DNA of 64,000 nucleotides. Source: an uncultured candidate division Zixibacteria bacterium. Lineage in GTDB: Bacteria > Zixibacteria > MSB-5A5 > GN15 > PGXB01. Below the pieces are notes generated by a model. It did not search any database. It worked only from the letters and a program-made list of their open reading frames with translations, and was not told where the DNA came from. The position numbers and the translations under genes were made by a program. Position 1 is the stretch's first letter, and each line of letters opens with the position of its first letter. Below, piece after piece: positions 23,429-33,572 of this stretch. Location of the stretch: contig OY969724.1 in assembly GCA_963702205.1 (NCBI GenBank), positions 256,001-320,000 on the forward strand, written 5' to 3'.

Positions 23429-24106
23429 ATGACAAGTACCGAACTTTTGAAAAGCAGTTATCTCGGACGCGGTCTCAACGACGAAGAATTAAAAGCCATT
23501 GAGTCCATCGCATTGATCCGCAGTCTATCCAAAGGCGAAATGCTGTTCATGGAAGGCGACCCGGCTACGGGATTTTATATTTTGCTCGATGGTCAGGTAC
23601 GGTTGTACAAAGCATCGCCCGACGGCAAAGAATACACCCTTCACCAGATCAGGCAGGGACAAATATTCGCCGAGGTGGCGATATTCCACGGCAACAAATT
23701 CCCGGCCAACTGCGCGGCGCTGGATAATTCAACTGTCGCTTATTTCCCAAAAAACGATTTCGTGCGTCTGCTGGAAAGTTCGCCGCAGATTGCCCTTAAA
23801 ATTATCGGTTCGATGTCGGCCTTTCTGCGCGATTTCAACAATCAGATCGAACAGCTGTCACTCAAAGAAGTGCCCGCACGCCTGGCGGCGTTCATGCTCT
23901 CCGAAGCGGCGCGTGTCGGGAACAGTACGATTCATCTCGATATAACCAAAACCGAGCTGGCTAACCGTCTCGGGACGATCAGCGAGACGTTGTCGCGCAA
24001 CCTGCGCAAGTTCATGGACGCGGGGATAATCGAAGTCGATCATAAGAAGATAAAGATCACCGACCCCGATCGTTTGAGTGCCATAGCCGACGGAGAGAAG
24101 ATTTAG
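23429..24106 (+). CDS. Crp/Fnr-family regulator (HcpR/Dnr-like; no Fnr Cys cluster)
   Basis: cNMP-binding domain (LFMEGD, IFAEVAIF) and HTH ELANRLGTISETLSR. Confidence 0.93.
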   Translation: MTSTELLKSSYLGRGLNDEELKAIESIALIRSLSKGEMLFMEGDPATGFYILLDGQVRLYKASPDGKEYTLHQIRQGQIFAEVAIFHGNKFPANCAALDNSTVAYFPKNDFVRLLESSPQIALKIIGSMSAFLRDFNNQIEQLSLKEVPARLAAFMLSEAARVGNSTIHLDITKTELANRLGTISETLSRNLRKFMDAGIIEVDHKKIKITDPDRLSAIADGEKI

Positions 24107-24241
24107 AATTCATCGTTCCCCGGCTTTATGCAAATCCGAACATATGACATCTTTCTTGTCAAAACCCAGAAAAAGACTATATTTACAGAGGATTCGGCAG
24201 CACCCGAACCGCATTATTGCACCATCTTCGCCGGAGGGTAT

Positions 24242-26776
24242 ATGAAGGCCTTCTTTTCTTTAAAAATCATCTGCAGCATCATGCCTATGCTTTTTCTGCT
24301 GACAAACACGAATTCATATGGGCAGACCTCTTTTGGGGAACACCAAAAGCAGGGCAAAAGTATCGCCGATTTTATGACGGCTGACGGTCGTTTTGATTTG
24401 GCTGCGGCGCGTCTGTCCGGTTACCAGGGAGAGTTGGATATGGATGGTTTGACACCGTTGATTGATCCGACTACGGGCGAGCCTGTGTTCGCGCCTATAA
24501 CATCCAATGAAAAGTTCGACCATCCAGATGATGTGTATTGGGACAATAGCATTTCGCCTTGCATTCCCGGAGTCGATGGAGATATAAATGCGATGGCGAT
24601 ATATAATAATTCTCTGATTATGGGTGGCAATTTCAGTGTTGCCGGTTGCATCATTGCCAACAACATTGCCTCCTGGGACGGAAGCAGTTGGTCAGCATTG
24701 GGATCAGGGACAGACGGCTATGTCTCGGCCCTAATTGTATACGACGGTAGTCTGATCGCGGGAGGTTACTTCACCTACGCAGGCGGAACCAGTACCAATT
24801 ATATTGCCTCATGGAATGGGACAAGTTGGTCAGGCGTGGGGTCGGGGATGAACAGCCTGGTTACAGGATTGACCATATATGACGGTAATTTGATTGCGGG
24901 AGGCTACTTTACCACTGCGGGGGGGACAAGTGCCAATAAAATTGCCTCATGGAATGGGGCAACCTGGTCACCCTTGGGATCTGGAATGTATGGTCAATAC
25001 TACCCGTATGTGTCTTCCCTAACAATTTACAACGGCAATTTGGTTGCCGGAGGAAGATTTTCGACTGCGGGAGGAACCAGTGCCAATTGCATTGCCTTAT
25101 GGAATGGCTCGATCTGGTCACCTTTGGGGTCCGGGATAAATGGCGAAGATAACCCTTATGTATCTTCTCTAACCGTATACGACGGGAATCTGATGGCAGG
25201 CGGAAAATTCACCACGGCGGGCGGAACCAGTGCCAATAATATTGCCTCATGGAATGGGACGACATGGTTACCCCTGGGGTCGGGGATGAATGGAGGATAC
25301 GATCCCTATGTCTCTTCCCTAACCGTATATAATGGAAATCTAATCGCAGCTGGAGGGTTTATCACGGCCGGAGGAACTGTTGCTAATTGTATTGCCATAT
25401 GGAATGGAACCACCTGGCTGACTATGGGATCCGGGATGAATTACTATGTCTTGACTCTAATTGTCTACGACGGTAATCTGATGGCAGGCGGAAAATTCAC
25501 CACGGCGGGCGGAACCAGTGCCAATTGTATTGCCTCATGGAACGAGACGACATGGTCCTCTTTAGGACCTGGGATTAATGATCAGGTAAATGCATTGATT
25601 GTCTATGAAGATAAATTGATTATTGGAGGTCGCTTTGCTTCTGCTGCAGATGGAGACTTCAACCACATTGTATCCTGGGACGGTTCCACTTGGTCGCAGC
25701 TTGGTACAGGTTTGAATGGCGAAGTTCTTGCATTGGCCATATATGATAACCTTCTTATTGTAGGCGGAGACTTTTCTTTGGCAGGTGGTATTCCGGCGAA
25801 TTATATCGCCGCATGGGATGGTTCTTCATGGTCCCCTCTTGGAGGAGGTTTTAATGGTAGTGTCCGCGCAATCTGTGAATATGACAGCAAGATGATAGCC
25901 GGCGGCAGTTTTGATGCAGCCGAGGGTAATCCTGCTAACCTGATTGCATCGTGGGATGGGAGTAGCTGGTCGCCGTTGGGATCGGGCATAGGCGGTACGC
26001 CGTATTCAAAAGTCTCTGCCTTGACCAACTATGAGGGGAAGTTGATAGTCGGAGGGTATTTTACTTCCGCAGGCGGAAGCCCCGCCAATTCCATTGCGTC
26101 ATGGGACGGCTCTTCCTGGGCATCTCTTGGAACGGGAATGGGTCCGGTTGCAGGATATCCAACCGTAGATGCATTAACGGTTTTTAATACCGACTTGATT
26201 GCTAACGGGTGGTTCAACTCGGCCGGAGGGATTTATGCCTATTGCATTGCCAAATGGAACGGCATTTCATGGTCAGCTATGGGAGAAAGTTTGGACATAG
26301 ATGGCTACGCCATGGCTGTTTATGATGGGAAACTAATTGCAGGAAGTGATACTGCCTGGGGTGAATCAAATCTGTATATTTCTGCCTGGAAGGACACGTT
26401 TTGGTCAAAACTTGGCTCCGGGATGAATGAATGGACTTATGCGTTGGCCGTCTATCAGGGAAAACTGGTAGCAGGAGGTGCTTTTACTATTGCTGGCGGC
26501 AAGGTTTCCGCCTTTCTCGCCCAATGGACAAAATCTTCTTGTTGTCAGGATTGGGGTCTTCCCGGCGACGCCAACAGCGACAATGCCGTCAACCTTCTGG
26601 ATATACTGTACCTAATCGCCTATAAGTACAATACGCCGCCCGGGCCGGGTAATCCAGAAGGATGTGATGAGCTTTTGGATGCCAATGGCGATCACGCAGT
26701 GAATCTTTTGGACATATTATATATAATTGCCTACAAATATGAAAGTCCTCAGGGTTCGGCTCCGGTTTGTCCGTAG
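24242..26776 (+). CDS. Secreted WDG/WNG-repeat beta-propeller protein with double dockerin-like tail (844 aa)
   Basis: SD GGAGGG and signal peptide; about 13 repeats of LIAGGxFTTAGG..ANxIASWDGxSWSxLGSG; tail [22 protein letters not shown]. Confidence 0.88.
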   Translation: MKAFFSLKIICSIMPMLFLLTNTNSYGQTSFGEHQKQGKSIADFMTADGRFDLAAARLSGYQGELDMDGLTPLIDPTTGEPVFAPITSNEKFDHPDDVYWDNSISPCIPGVDGDINAMAIYNNSLIMGGNFSVAGCIIANNIASWDGSSWSALGSGTDGYVSALIVYDGSLIAGGYFTYAGGTSTNYIASWNGTSWSGVGSGMNSLVTGLTIYDGNLIAGGYFTTAGGTSANKIASWNGATWSPLGSGMYGQYYPYVSSLTIYNGNLVAGGRFSTAGGTSANCIALWNGSIWSPLGSGINGEDNPYVSSLTVYDGNLMAGGKFTTAGGTSANNIASWNGTTWLPLGSGMNGGYDPYVSSLTVYNGNLIAAGGFITAGGTVANCIAIWNGTTWLTMGSGMNYYVLTLIVYDGNLMAGGKFTTAGGTSANCIASWNETTWSSLGPGINDQVNALIVYEDKLIIGGRFASAADGDFNHIVSWDGSTWSQLGTGLNGEVLALAIYDNLLIVGGDFSLAGGIPANYIAAWDGSSWSPLGGGFNGSVRAICEYDSKMIAGGSFDAAEGNPANLIASWDGSSWSPLGSGIGGTPYSKVSALTNYEGKLIVGGYFTSAGGSPANSIASWDGSSWASLGTGMGPVAGYPTVDALTVFNTDLIANGWFNSAGGIYAYCIAKWNGISWSAMGESLDIDGYAMAVYDGKLIAGSDTAWGESNLYISAWKDTFWSKLGSGMNEWTYALAVYQGKLVAGGAFTIAGGKVSAFLAQWTKSSCCQDWGLPGDANSDNAVNLLDILYLIAYKYNTPPGPGNPEGCDELLDANGDHAVNLLDILYIIAYKYESPQGSAPVCP

Positions 26777-26804
26777 TGACCAAGGAAATATTTTATCTTC
26801 AAAC

Positions 26805-26834
26805 GCCGTCGGGAACCACTTCCCGATGGTTTTT
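26805..26834 (+). terminator. Intrinsic terminator
   Basis: GCCGTCGGGAA-CCAC-TTCCCGATGGT-TTTT. Confidence 0.7.
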
Positions 26835-26887
26835 CATGTTTACAAAGATATTTCCTTAATTTCTCCGGATATCTGAATTTTTGCAAT

Positions 26888-26907
26888 TCTTTGACTTCAG
26901 TCAAAGA
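26888..26907 (+). promoter_or_regulatory. Fnr/Dnr-type operator TTGAC-N4-GTCAA
   Basis: TCTTTGAC-TTCA-GTCAAAGA with perfect 8-bp arms; GATAAT at 26927-26932 puts the centre near -41.5 (class II activation geometry). Confidence 0.75.
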
Positions 26908-26968
26908 CTAATTCTGTCCATTTTCCGATAATTGTCGCGTAACCAATAATAGTTGACGGAGGCGGAAA

Positions 26969-27748
26969 ATGGCGGTCAGACAAATTATCACGATAGACGA
27001 AGGAAAATGCGACGGCTGCGGAGTGTGTGTCTTCGCCTGCGCCGAGGGAGCGATACAGGTAATCGACGGCAAGGCACGGCTGGTTAGCGAAACCTACTGC
27101 GATGGGCTCGGGGCCTGCCTCGGCGAATGTCCGCAGGACGCGATTCATATGGAAGAGCGCGAAGCGGCTGAATATGACGAAACGGCGGTGGAAAATCATT
27201 TGAACCGGCTCAATGCCGCCTCTTTGCCCAAAGCCTCCCATCCCAACCCGGAACTTCAGCAGATTCACACGGGTCAATCCTGCCCCGGTTCGGCGATGCG
27301 GACTTTTGGTGTTTCAGCGACAACGGCGGCAATGGCCGTCGACAGCGCCAGCGGCTTGCAACAGCAATCACAGCTGCGCAACTGGCCGGTGCAGCTATAC
27401 CTCGCCCCGACTCAAGCGCCATATTTTGACAAGGCCAATCTTTTAATCGCCGCCGATTGTGTCCCGTTCGCGCTGGCCAATTTCCACGGGCAGTTTCTGG
27501 CCGGAAAGACGCTTCTGATCGGCTGTTCCAAACTGGACAACGTCGAGCTGTATTTGACTAAGCTGACCGAAATATTCGCCGGCAATGATATCAAGTCGGT
27601 CGAGATCGCCTTTATGGAAGTCCCCTGCTGTTTCGGTCTTATGCAGATAGTACTAAGAGCGCTGCAAAACGCGCAAAAGAATATCCCCGTCGCGCTGGTT
27701 AAAATCGGCCTGCGCGGAGAGATACTTGAAAAGAGAAACACATTATAA
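26969..27748 (+). CDS. 2x[4Fe-4S] ferredoxin-domain protein (hcp-associated type)
   Basis: CDGCGVCVFAC, CDGLGACLGECP, SCPGS, NWPVQL, MEVPCC. Confidence 0.88.
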   Translation: MAVRQIITIDEGKCDGCGVCVFACAEGAIQVIDGKARLVSETYCDGLGACLGECPQDAIHMEEREAAEYDETAVENHLNRLNAASLPKASHPNPELQQIHTGQSCPGSAMRTFGVSATTAAMAVDSASGLQQQSQLRNWPVQLYLAPTQAPYFDKANLLIAADCVPFALANFHGQFLAGKTLLIGCSKLDNVELYLTKLTEIFAGNDIKSVEIAFMEVPCCFGLMQIVLRALQNAQKNIPVALVKIGLRGEILEKRNTL

Positions 27749-27761
27749 TACGGGTGTCGAA

Positions 27762-28991
27762 ATGAGTGAATTAATCAATAATGCACAAAAGCGCCGCGAG
27801 CTTCTGAAACACATGATTCTGAAGCTGCACGACGGCGAAGCCCCAGACGCGGTCAAAAACCAGCTGGTGCACCTTCTGGGCAAGATACCGTACGGCGACG
27901 TGGTCGAAGTGGAACAGGAGCTTATTTCCGATGGGCTGCCGCAGGAAGAAATTCTCAGCCTGTGCGACATACACAGCGCCGTCCTCAAGGGCAATCTCGA
28001 CCAGACCGGCGCCAAAGATGTCCCGCCGGGGCACCCGGTCGATACATTCAAGAAAGAAAATCACGGTCTCGAATGGGAAATAAGCACCCTGCGCAAGCTG
28101 TTTGCCGAAATCAAACCGATCATGTCCGATGAAGACGCCCGGGATCTTTTTAACAATATCAGGTCGCACGTACACTCCCTGTGCGACGTCGACAAACACT
28201 ATCAGCGCAAAGAAAATCTGCTTTTCCCATATCTCGAAAAACACGGGATCAGCGGTCCGCCGACCGTCATGTGGGGCAAGCACGATGAGACAAGAGCATT
28301 CCTGAAAGCGGCAGTGGAGGCGCTTCGAATGTCTGAAGGCATTTCAACCGATGAACTCTCCGCCTTATGCGAGTTGACCCTGTCACCGGCGGTCGATGCG
28401 GTCGAAGAGATGATCTTCAAAGAGGAAAACATCCTCTTTCCGATGTGCTTGGATGCCCTGACCGACGATGAATGGTACAATATATATAAACAAAGCATCG
28501 AAATCGGGTTTTGCCTGTACGATCCGCAGGATAAATGGCAGCCGGAGGGGGTGAACATAGAGGATTCGGGTGAAACATCGGGCAAAATACAACTTCCCAG
28601 CGGAGCCTTTAATGTCACCGAACTGACGGCCATGCTCAACACCATACCGTTCGATTTGACCTTCGTCGACAAAGACGACACCGTCCGCTATTTCACGCAG
28701 AGTCGTGAAAGAATTTTCGCCCGCAACCGGGCTATACTGGGACGTAAGGTACAACTGTGCCACCCGCCGTCGAGCGTGCATATCGTCCAGCAGATTCTGG
28801 ATGACTTCCACGGCGGGAAGCAGAGCCGCGCTTCCTTCTGGATCGAGATGAAAGGCCGGTTCCTGAGTATCGAATATTTCGCGCTGCGCGGCGAGGGCGG
28901 TGAGTACCTCGGGACGCTCGAAGTAAGCCAGGACCTGACCGAGAAACGGGCTCTCACCGGCGAGCAGAGGCTTTTGAACTATGCCGACTAA
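27762..28991 (+). CDS. DUF438 protein (hemerythrin-like plus PAS)
   Basis: LCDIH, GHPVDTFKKEN, HYQRKENLLFP, VMWGKHD, CHPPSS. Confidence 0.88.
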   Translation: MSELINNAQKRRELLKHMILKLHDGEAPDAVKNQLVHLLGKIPYGDVVEVEQELISDGLPQEEILSLCDIHSAVLKGNLDQTGAKDVPPGHPVDTFKKENHGLEWEISTLRKLFAEIKPIMSDEDARDLFNNIRSHVHSLCDVDKHYQRKENLLFPYLEKHGISGPPTVMWGKHDETRAFLKAAVEALRMSEGISTDELSALCELTLSPAVDAVEEMIFKEENILFPMCLDALTDDEWYNIYKQSIEIGFCLYDPQDKWQPEGVNIEDSGETSGKIQLPSGAFNVTELTAMLNTIPFDLTFVDKDDTVRYFTQSRERIFARNRAILGRKVQLCHPPSSVHIVQQILDDFHGGKQSRASFWIEMKGRFLSIEYFALRGEGGEYLGTLEVSQDLTEKRALTGEQRLLNYAD

Positions 28992-29001
28992 GGGGGACAA
29001 A

Positions 29002-29529
29002 ATGAGCAAAACAGTCGACATAACCCCCGACACGAAAATCGGGACCCTGCTTGATATGTATCCCCAACTGGAAGACGTACTGCTCGCCATGTCGCCGTCG
29101 TTTGCGAAACTCAAAAACCCGGTGCTGCGCCGGACGGTGGCCAAAGTGGCTACGGTACGTCAGGTCGCGAAAGTTGGCAACCTGCCTTTGGGAAAACTGG
29201 TCAACGATCTCAGAAAAGCGGTCGGTCAGGATCAGATGGGTATCGGTACTGAAAGTAGTACGGATGCAGCCAGGCGCCCCGACTGGATGGATGAAAGACA
29301 AGTGAACGCGTCTTTCGATGCCCGCGTAATGATAAACGCCGGTCAGCAACCGCTCGGGCGAATCTTCGAGGGGCTGAACGGCCTGCAAAACGGACAAATC
29401 TTTGAACTGACAACACCATTCGTGCCGAGCCCGATAATCGAACTGGCGGATAATAAGGGGTTTAAAAGCTGGACGGTACGTGAAGACGATGAAATCTTCA
29501 AGACATATTTTACAAAGGACAGATCATGA
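29002..29529 (+). CDS. DUF1858-domain protein
   Basis: TKIGTLLDMYPQL, FAKLKNPVLRRT; C-terminal DAR..PFVPSP (DUF2249-like). Confidence 0.75.
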   Translation: MSKTVDITPDTKIGTLLDMYPQLEDVLLAMSPSFAKLKNPVLRRTVAKVATVRQVAKVGNLPLGKLVNDLRKAVGQDQMGIGTESSTDAARRPDWMDERQVNASFDARVMINAGQQPLGRIFEGLNGLQNGQIFELTTPFVPSPIIELADNKGFKSWTVREDDEIFKTYFTKDRS

Positions 29530-29873
29530 CAGACGATAAAACCAAAGCATCGGGGCAGCTTGAAGGCGCCAAACGGTACAATCCGGCGAAGATGGTAGAT
29601 TATGCCGAGGGATCGGTCGTATCGCGGACGTTGGTCAAGAACGCAGCCGGGACGATCACTCTGTTTTCTTTCGATGAAGGTCAGAACTTGAGCGAGCATT
29701 CGGCGCCGTTCGATGCGGTCGTGCACATCCTTGAAGGCACCGTCGAGCTGGTAATCGGCGGCAATTCAGTGCACGCCGAGCAGGGCGAAATGGTCCTGAT
29801 GCCCGCCAACGTCCCGCACGCCGTCAAAGCCAACCAGCGGTTTAAGATGTTACTAACCATGTTACGGGGATAA
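29526..29873 (+). CDS. Cupin-domain protein
   Basis: FDEGQNLSEHSAP and MPANVPHAV. Confidence 0.9.
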   Translation: MTDDKTKASGQLEGAKRYNPAKMVDYAEGSVVSRTLVKNAAGTITLFSFDEGQNLSEHSAPFDAVVHILEGTVELVIGGNSVHAEQGEMVLMPANVPHAVKANQRFKMLLTMLRG

Positions 29874-29889
29874 ATACAGGAATCGTGCC

Positions 29890-31197
29890 ATGACATTTTT
29901 GATGCATATACCCGCGATATTGTCCTGCCTGCTGCTTTCGGCCCATTTCATGCGCGGAGGAAATTACGGCCTGATGATGGTATTCGCACTGCTGCCGTTT
30001 ATGATGATCTCCAAACGCCGCTGGGTGGCGATGGTCGTGCCGGTGTTGTTATTTGCCGGCGTCATGATCTGGGGCGAAACCATCGTGCAGATTGCCGCCG
30101 TACGTACTCGTTTGGATCAGGACTGGATGCGCATGGCTGTTATACTGGGCGGTGTGGCTGCATTTACCGCTGGATCGGCCCTGTTGTTTTTCACGAAAAG
30201 ATTAAAAGCACGGTACAATCGATATACTGAGACGGCGGTGGAGTCGGCGGTAGGGTTCATCGCGACCGGTCTGCTGTTGATTTTCGTGCAGATCAAAGTC
30301 CCCCTGACCATGCTCTTGGCGGAACGGTTTTGGCCGACGGCGGGCTGGATGGAAATTTTCGTGCTGGCGATCTACGCCGCTTTTATCGTCGAAAAAATGT
30401 TGGATAAAGCCAAAACGGCGCGCTGGCGCAAGAGAATCTGGTTGTTGTTTTCCTCGGTATTTTTCGCACAACTGATATTCGGTTTGCTCGGCTTCGATAA
30501 GTTCCTCATGACCGGGCGGCTGCATCTTCCCGTCCCGGCCATGATTCTGGCCGGACCGATTTTCCGGGGAGATCATTTCTTCATGCCGATCCTGTTCGTC
30601 TCGACCGTGCTACTGGTCGGACCGGCCTGGTGCAGTCATTTGTGCTATATCGGGGCTTGGGACAACGCCGCCGCGCATACCAAGCGTAAGCCGCAAAAGC
30701 TCCCCGGCTGGACGTCGCCCGCCCGGTGGATCATACTAGTCCTGATAATTGCAGCCGCCGTTGTGCTGCGCTGGGCCGGGGTATCATCGATTGCTGCAAC
30801 CGTAATCGGTCTAGTGTTCGGGCTGGGCGGCGTGGCGGTTATACTGTTCTGGTCGCGAAGAAAAGGCGTTATGGCCCACTGCACGGTATACTGTCCGATC
30901 GGTCCGGTTGCCAACTGGCTTGGGAGGATCTCGCCGTTTCGGGTGCAGATCAACGACTCCTGTACCGACTGCGGGATTTGCCGCCTGTCGTGCAAGTACA
31001 ACGCCCTGAATCTGACCGATATAAAAAAGCGTCGACCGGCGTCGAGTTGTACATTGTGCGGTGACTGTATCGGTGTCTGTGAGCATGGCTCGCTGGAGTA
31101 CCGGTTTTTCAAGCTCAAGAATTTCACCGCCCGGGCAGTGTTTATCGTGACCGTTGTCTCTCTCCACGCCACCTGCCTCGGTCTGGCGCGGATATAA
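29890..31197 (+). CDS. Membrane-bound 4Fe-4S protein (NapH/YccM-like)
   Basis: Many TM helices; WCSHLC, CTVYCP, CTDCGIC and CTLCGDC. Confidence 0.82.
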   Translation: MTFLMHIPAILSCLLLSAHFMRGGNYGLMMVFALLPFMMISKRRWVAMVVPVLLFAGVMIWGETIVQIAAVRTRLDQDWMRMAVILGGVAAFTAGSALLFFTKRLKARYNRYTETAVESAVGFIATGLLLIFVQIKVPLTMLLAERFWPTAGWMEIFVLAIYAAFIVEKMLDKAKTARWRKRIWLLFSSVFFAQLIFGLLGFDKFLMTGRLHLPVPAMILAGPIFRGDHFFMPILFVSTVLLVGPAWCSHLCYIGAWDNAAAHTKRKPQKLPGWTSPARWIILVLIIAAAVVLRWAGVSSIAATVIGLVFGLGGVAVILFWSRRKGVMAHCTVYCPIGPVANWLGRISPFRVQINDSCTDCGICRLSCKYNALNLTDIKKRRPASSCTLCGDCIGVCEHGSLEYRFFKLKNFTARAVFIVTVVSLHATCLGLARI

Positions 31198-31202
31198 GAA
31201 AA

Positions 31203-31422
31203 CCGTCGGGTGACAATCCCGATTACATCGGGATCAACACCCGACGGAACGCCGAGCATTATTTCAATAAGATGATGTTCCGTCAGGTTCTGCACGAACG
31301 AGTGTGACCTGAAGGTTTTGCTAAAATAAAATGTTCCGTCAGGTCCTGCGCCGTAGGCGTGTGACCTGACGGTTCTGTTTTGTGTCAGGTCTCACCCATA
31401 AGAATGGGCATGACCTGACACA
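31203..31422. repeat. Cluster of four REP-like hairpins (family B at 31203-31250; family C at 31277-31315, 31333-31372, variant 31381-31422)
   Basis: CCGTCGGGTGACAAT-CCCGATTACATCGGG-ATCAACACCCGACGGAAC and GTTCCGTCAGGT..GTGTGACCTGACGG, between convergent genes. Confidence 0.8.
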
Positions 31423-31456
31423 ACTTTAATATCCACGAAATTAAATTTCGACGCAC

Positions 31457-31482
31457 AAAAAAGCGGGCCCGAAGGCCCGTTT
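31457..31482. terminator. Probably bidirectional terminator
   Basis: AAAAAAGCGGGCC-CGAA-GGCCCGTTT. Confidence 0.7.
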
Positions 31483-31505
31483 ATTTATTGTACTATCTGA
31501 AGATA

Positions 31506-33335
31506 TTATCCAACCAGTTTCACAAACTTGTCGATATCGGCCAGAGCCAGGTCGACCGATTCCTGCCAGAAATCCGGTTTAGTCAGATCGGCACCAAGAT
31601 GCTTTGTCGCCAGGTCCTCGCAGTCCATCTGTCCGCTGTCGGCCAGCATCGCCACGTACTTGGGCGAGAACGCCGCACCTTCCGCCTTCGCCCGGCTATA
31701 CACACCGCAGGCGAAGAGGAAACCGAACGTGTACGGGAAGTTATAGAACGGCTGGTTGGTCAGGAAGAAATGCAGCTTCGAAGCCCAGAACAGCGGATGA
31801 TAGGCGTCGTCGCCTTCGAGAATGTCGCCGTAGGCTTTTTTCTGCGCATCGAGCATGATCTGATCGAGGCGGCTGCGGCTGACGATACCCGAGGCGCGTT
31901 CTTTATAAAATTCGCTATCAAAAAGATAGCGGGCGTAGATATTCGGAAACAGGGCAAAAGTCCGCTGCAGACCCTGATCGAGCAATAGCAGTTTTTCTTC
32001 GTCATTTTTGGTATTCTCGACCGCCCCGTCGAAGACCAGCAGCTCGTTGAAAGTCGAGGCACACTCGGCCAGGGTCAGCGGATAATCCCGCCCGAAAGCG
32101 GGCATGTCTTTGAGAACCTCATGATGATAGGCGTGTCCCAGTTCGTGGGCGAGCGTGGCCATGTCGTTGAAATTATCGGAATAAGTCATGAAGATGCGGC
32201 TTTGTTTGGCGACGCTGAGAGTTGTGCAGTACCCTCCCCCGCCTTTTCCGGGACGGTCCTCGGCTTCGACCCAGCGGTTATCGACGGCCATGCGCGAGAA
32301 TTCGGCCTGTGATTTCGAGAAACCTGAAATAATATCGTAGATAAAATCGCGGGCTTCGGTGAACGTTATTTTCGTGTCGAGTGAACCGGTCGGAGCATAC
32401 TGATCGTACCATTTAAACTTGTTGACCTTCATGAGTTTCTTTTTGGCGTCGATGTATTTTTTCAAGCGCGGAATGGCCTTCTCCACCACCGACCACATGG
32501 CCTCCAGAGTCTGCTCCGAGAGCCGGGCCTGCTGCAGCGGCTCGATCAGGGGCGAGTCCCACCCCCGGCGTTTGTAGATGTTCAGCCGGAACCCGGCCTG
32601 ATAGTTCAGGGCCAGCGCGCATTGATTGGCCACCGTCTCCCACGCGCCTTCCAGTTTTTCGTGGGCCTGTTTTCTGACGTCCCGGTTGGAGCTGGTCATT
32701 TTTTTGGAGAGTTGCCCCAGAGAAAGCTCGGTTTTACGGCCGTCGGGCTCCTCGAACTGCACGCGCAGGTCGCCGTAAATTTTATCATAAAGCCGGTTCC
32801 AGGCATGATAGCCATTGACCGCCAGCTCGGCGGCGAGTTCCTCGAATTCCGGTTTCATTTTCATCCGGGCAATCCGGCGCATCTCGTCGAACCCGAACGC
32901 GCGCTTATCCAGGCGCTTATCGTTGATTAATTTGCGCCACCAGTCATCGCTCTGTTCCATCGCAAAGGCTTCGAGCGACACAGCCAGCGTCTTGTATTCG
33001 GAATGGATGACATCCATCTCACCATAGATGGCAATCGCATCCTCGTCGTTGACATCCTGGCTGATCAAACACTGGGCGTATGAAAAGGCGTGCTGCAGGC
33101 GGTTCTGGATGTTTTCAATACGCAGGATTAGTTTTATCCAGTCAGCCAGGTTCTTATCATCGAGTTTCGGCGGCAGGCTCTTGATATCTTTGCGCGCCGA
33201 CGCCAGGTCGTTTTTCAGTTGTTTGCGGAAGTCGGCGTATTCTTTGGATTTGCTTTCACCGGGGAAAATCGATTCCAGGTCCCATCGGAGTTTGGCGGTT
33301 TCCGGCCCGGCGGTCTGAACACCCTGTGATCCCAT
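31506..33335 (-). CDS. M3B oligoendopeptidase F family
   Basis: WDLESIF, RPGKGGGGYC, TLAHELGHAYH, LAECASTFNE, FYNFPYTFG. Confidence 0.93.
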   Translation of the reverse strand: MGSQGVQTAGPETAKLRWDLESIFPGESKSKEYADFRKQLKNDLASARKDIKSLPPKLDDKNLADWIKLILRIENIQNRLQHAFSYAQCLISQDVNDEDAIAIYGEMDVIHSEYKTLAVSLEAFAMEQSDDWWRKLINDKRLDKRAFGFDEMRRIARMKMKPEFEELAAELAVNGYHAWNRLYDKIYGDLRVQFEEPDGRKTELSLGQLSKKMTSSNRDVRKQAHEKLEGAWETVANQCALALNYQAGFRLNIYKRRGWDSPLIEPLQQARLSEQTLEAMWSVVEKAIPRLKKYIDAKKKLMKVNKFKWYDQYAPTGSLDTKITFTEARDFIYDIISGFSKSQAEFSRMAVDNRWVEAEDRPGKGGGGYCTTLSVAKQSRIFMTYSDNFNDMATLAHELGHAYHHEVLKDMPAFGRDYPLTLAECASTFNELLVFDGAVENTKNDEEKLLLLDQGLQRTFALFPNIYARYLFDSEFYKERASGIVSRSRLDQIMLDAQKKAYGDILEGDDAYHPLFWASKLHFFLTNQPFYNFPYTFGFLFACGVYSRAKAEGAAFSPKYVAMLADSGQMDCEDLATKHLGADLTKPDFWQESVDLALADIDKFVKLVG

Positions 33336-33572
33336 ACTGGTTACTCCTTAATTTTGTGACTTTCAAATCAATATCGAGTTGTCAAATGGCAGACAAATGC
33401 GGGTCTGCGACATTTGCCAATTATACACTAAACGCAATGATTTGCCAAGAATTTCAAAAAAAAATCGGCCCGGAGCAAAAGACAATTCGGGTCTTGCGAA
33501 ATTCCCGCTAATTGTTACATTTAGGGACTGATTTAAACAGGAACATACAAATAAGGATAAAAGGAGTTCGAT

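Noticed and set aside
31203..31422. Possible CRISPR array
   Set aside because: Units differ in sequence and orientation, spacing is irregular and no cas genes are present; REP-like instead.
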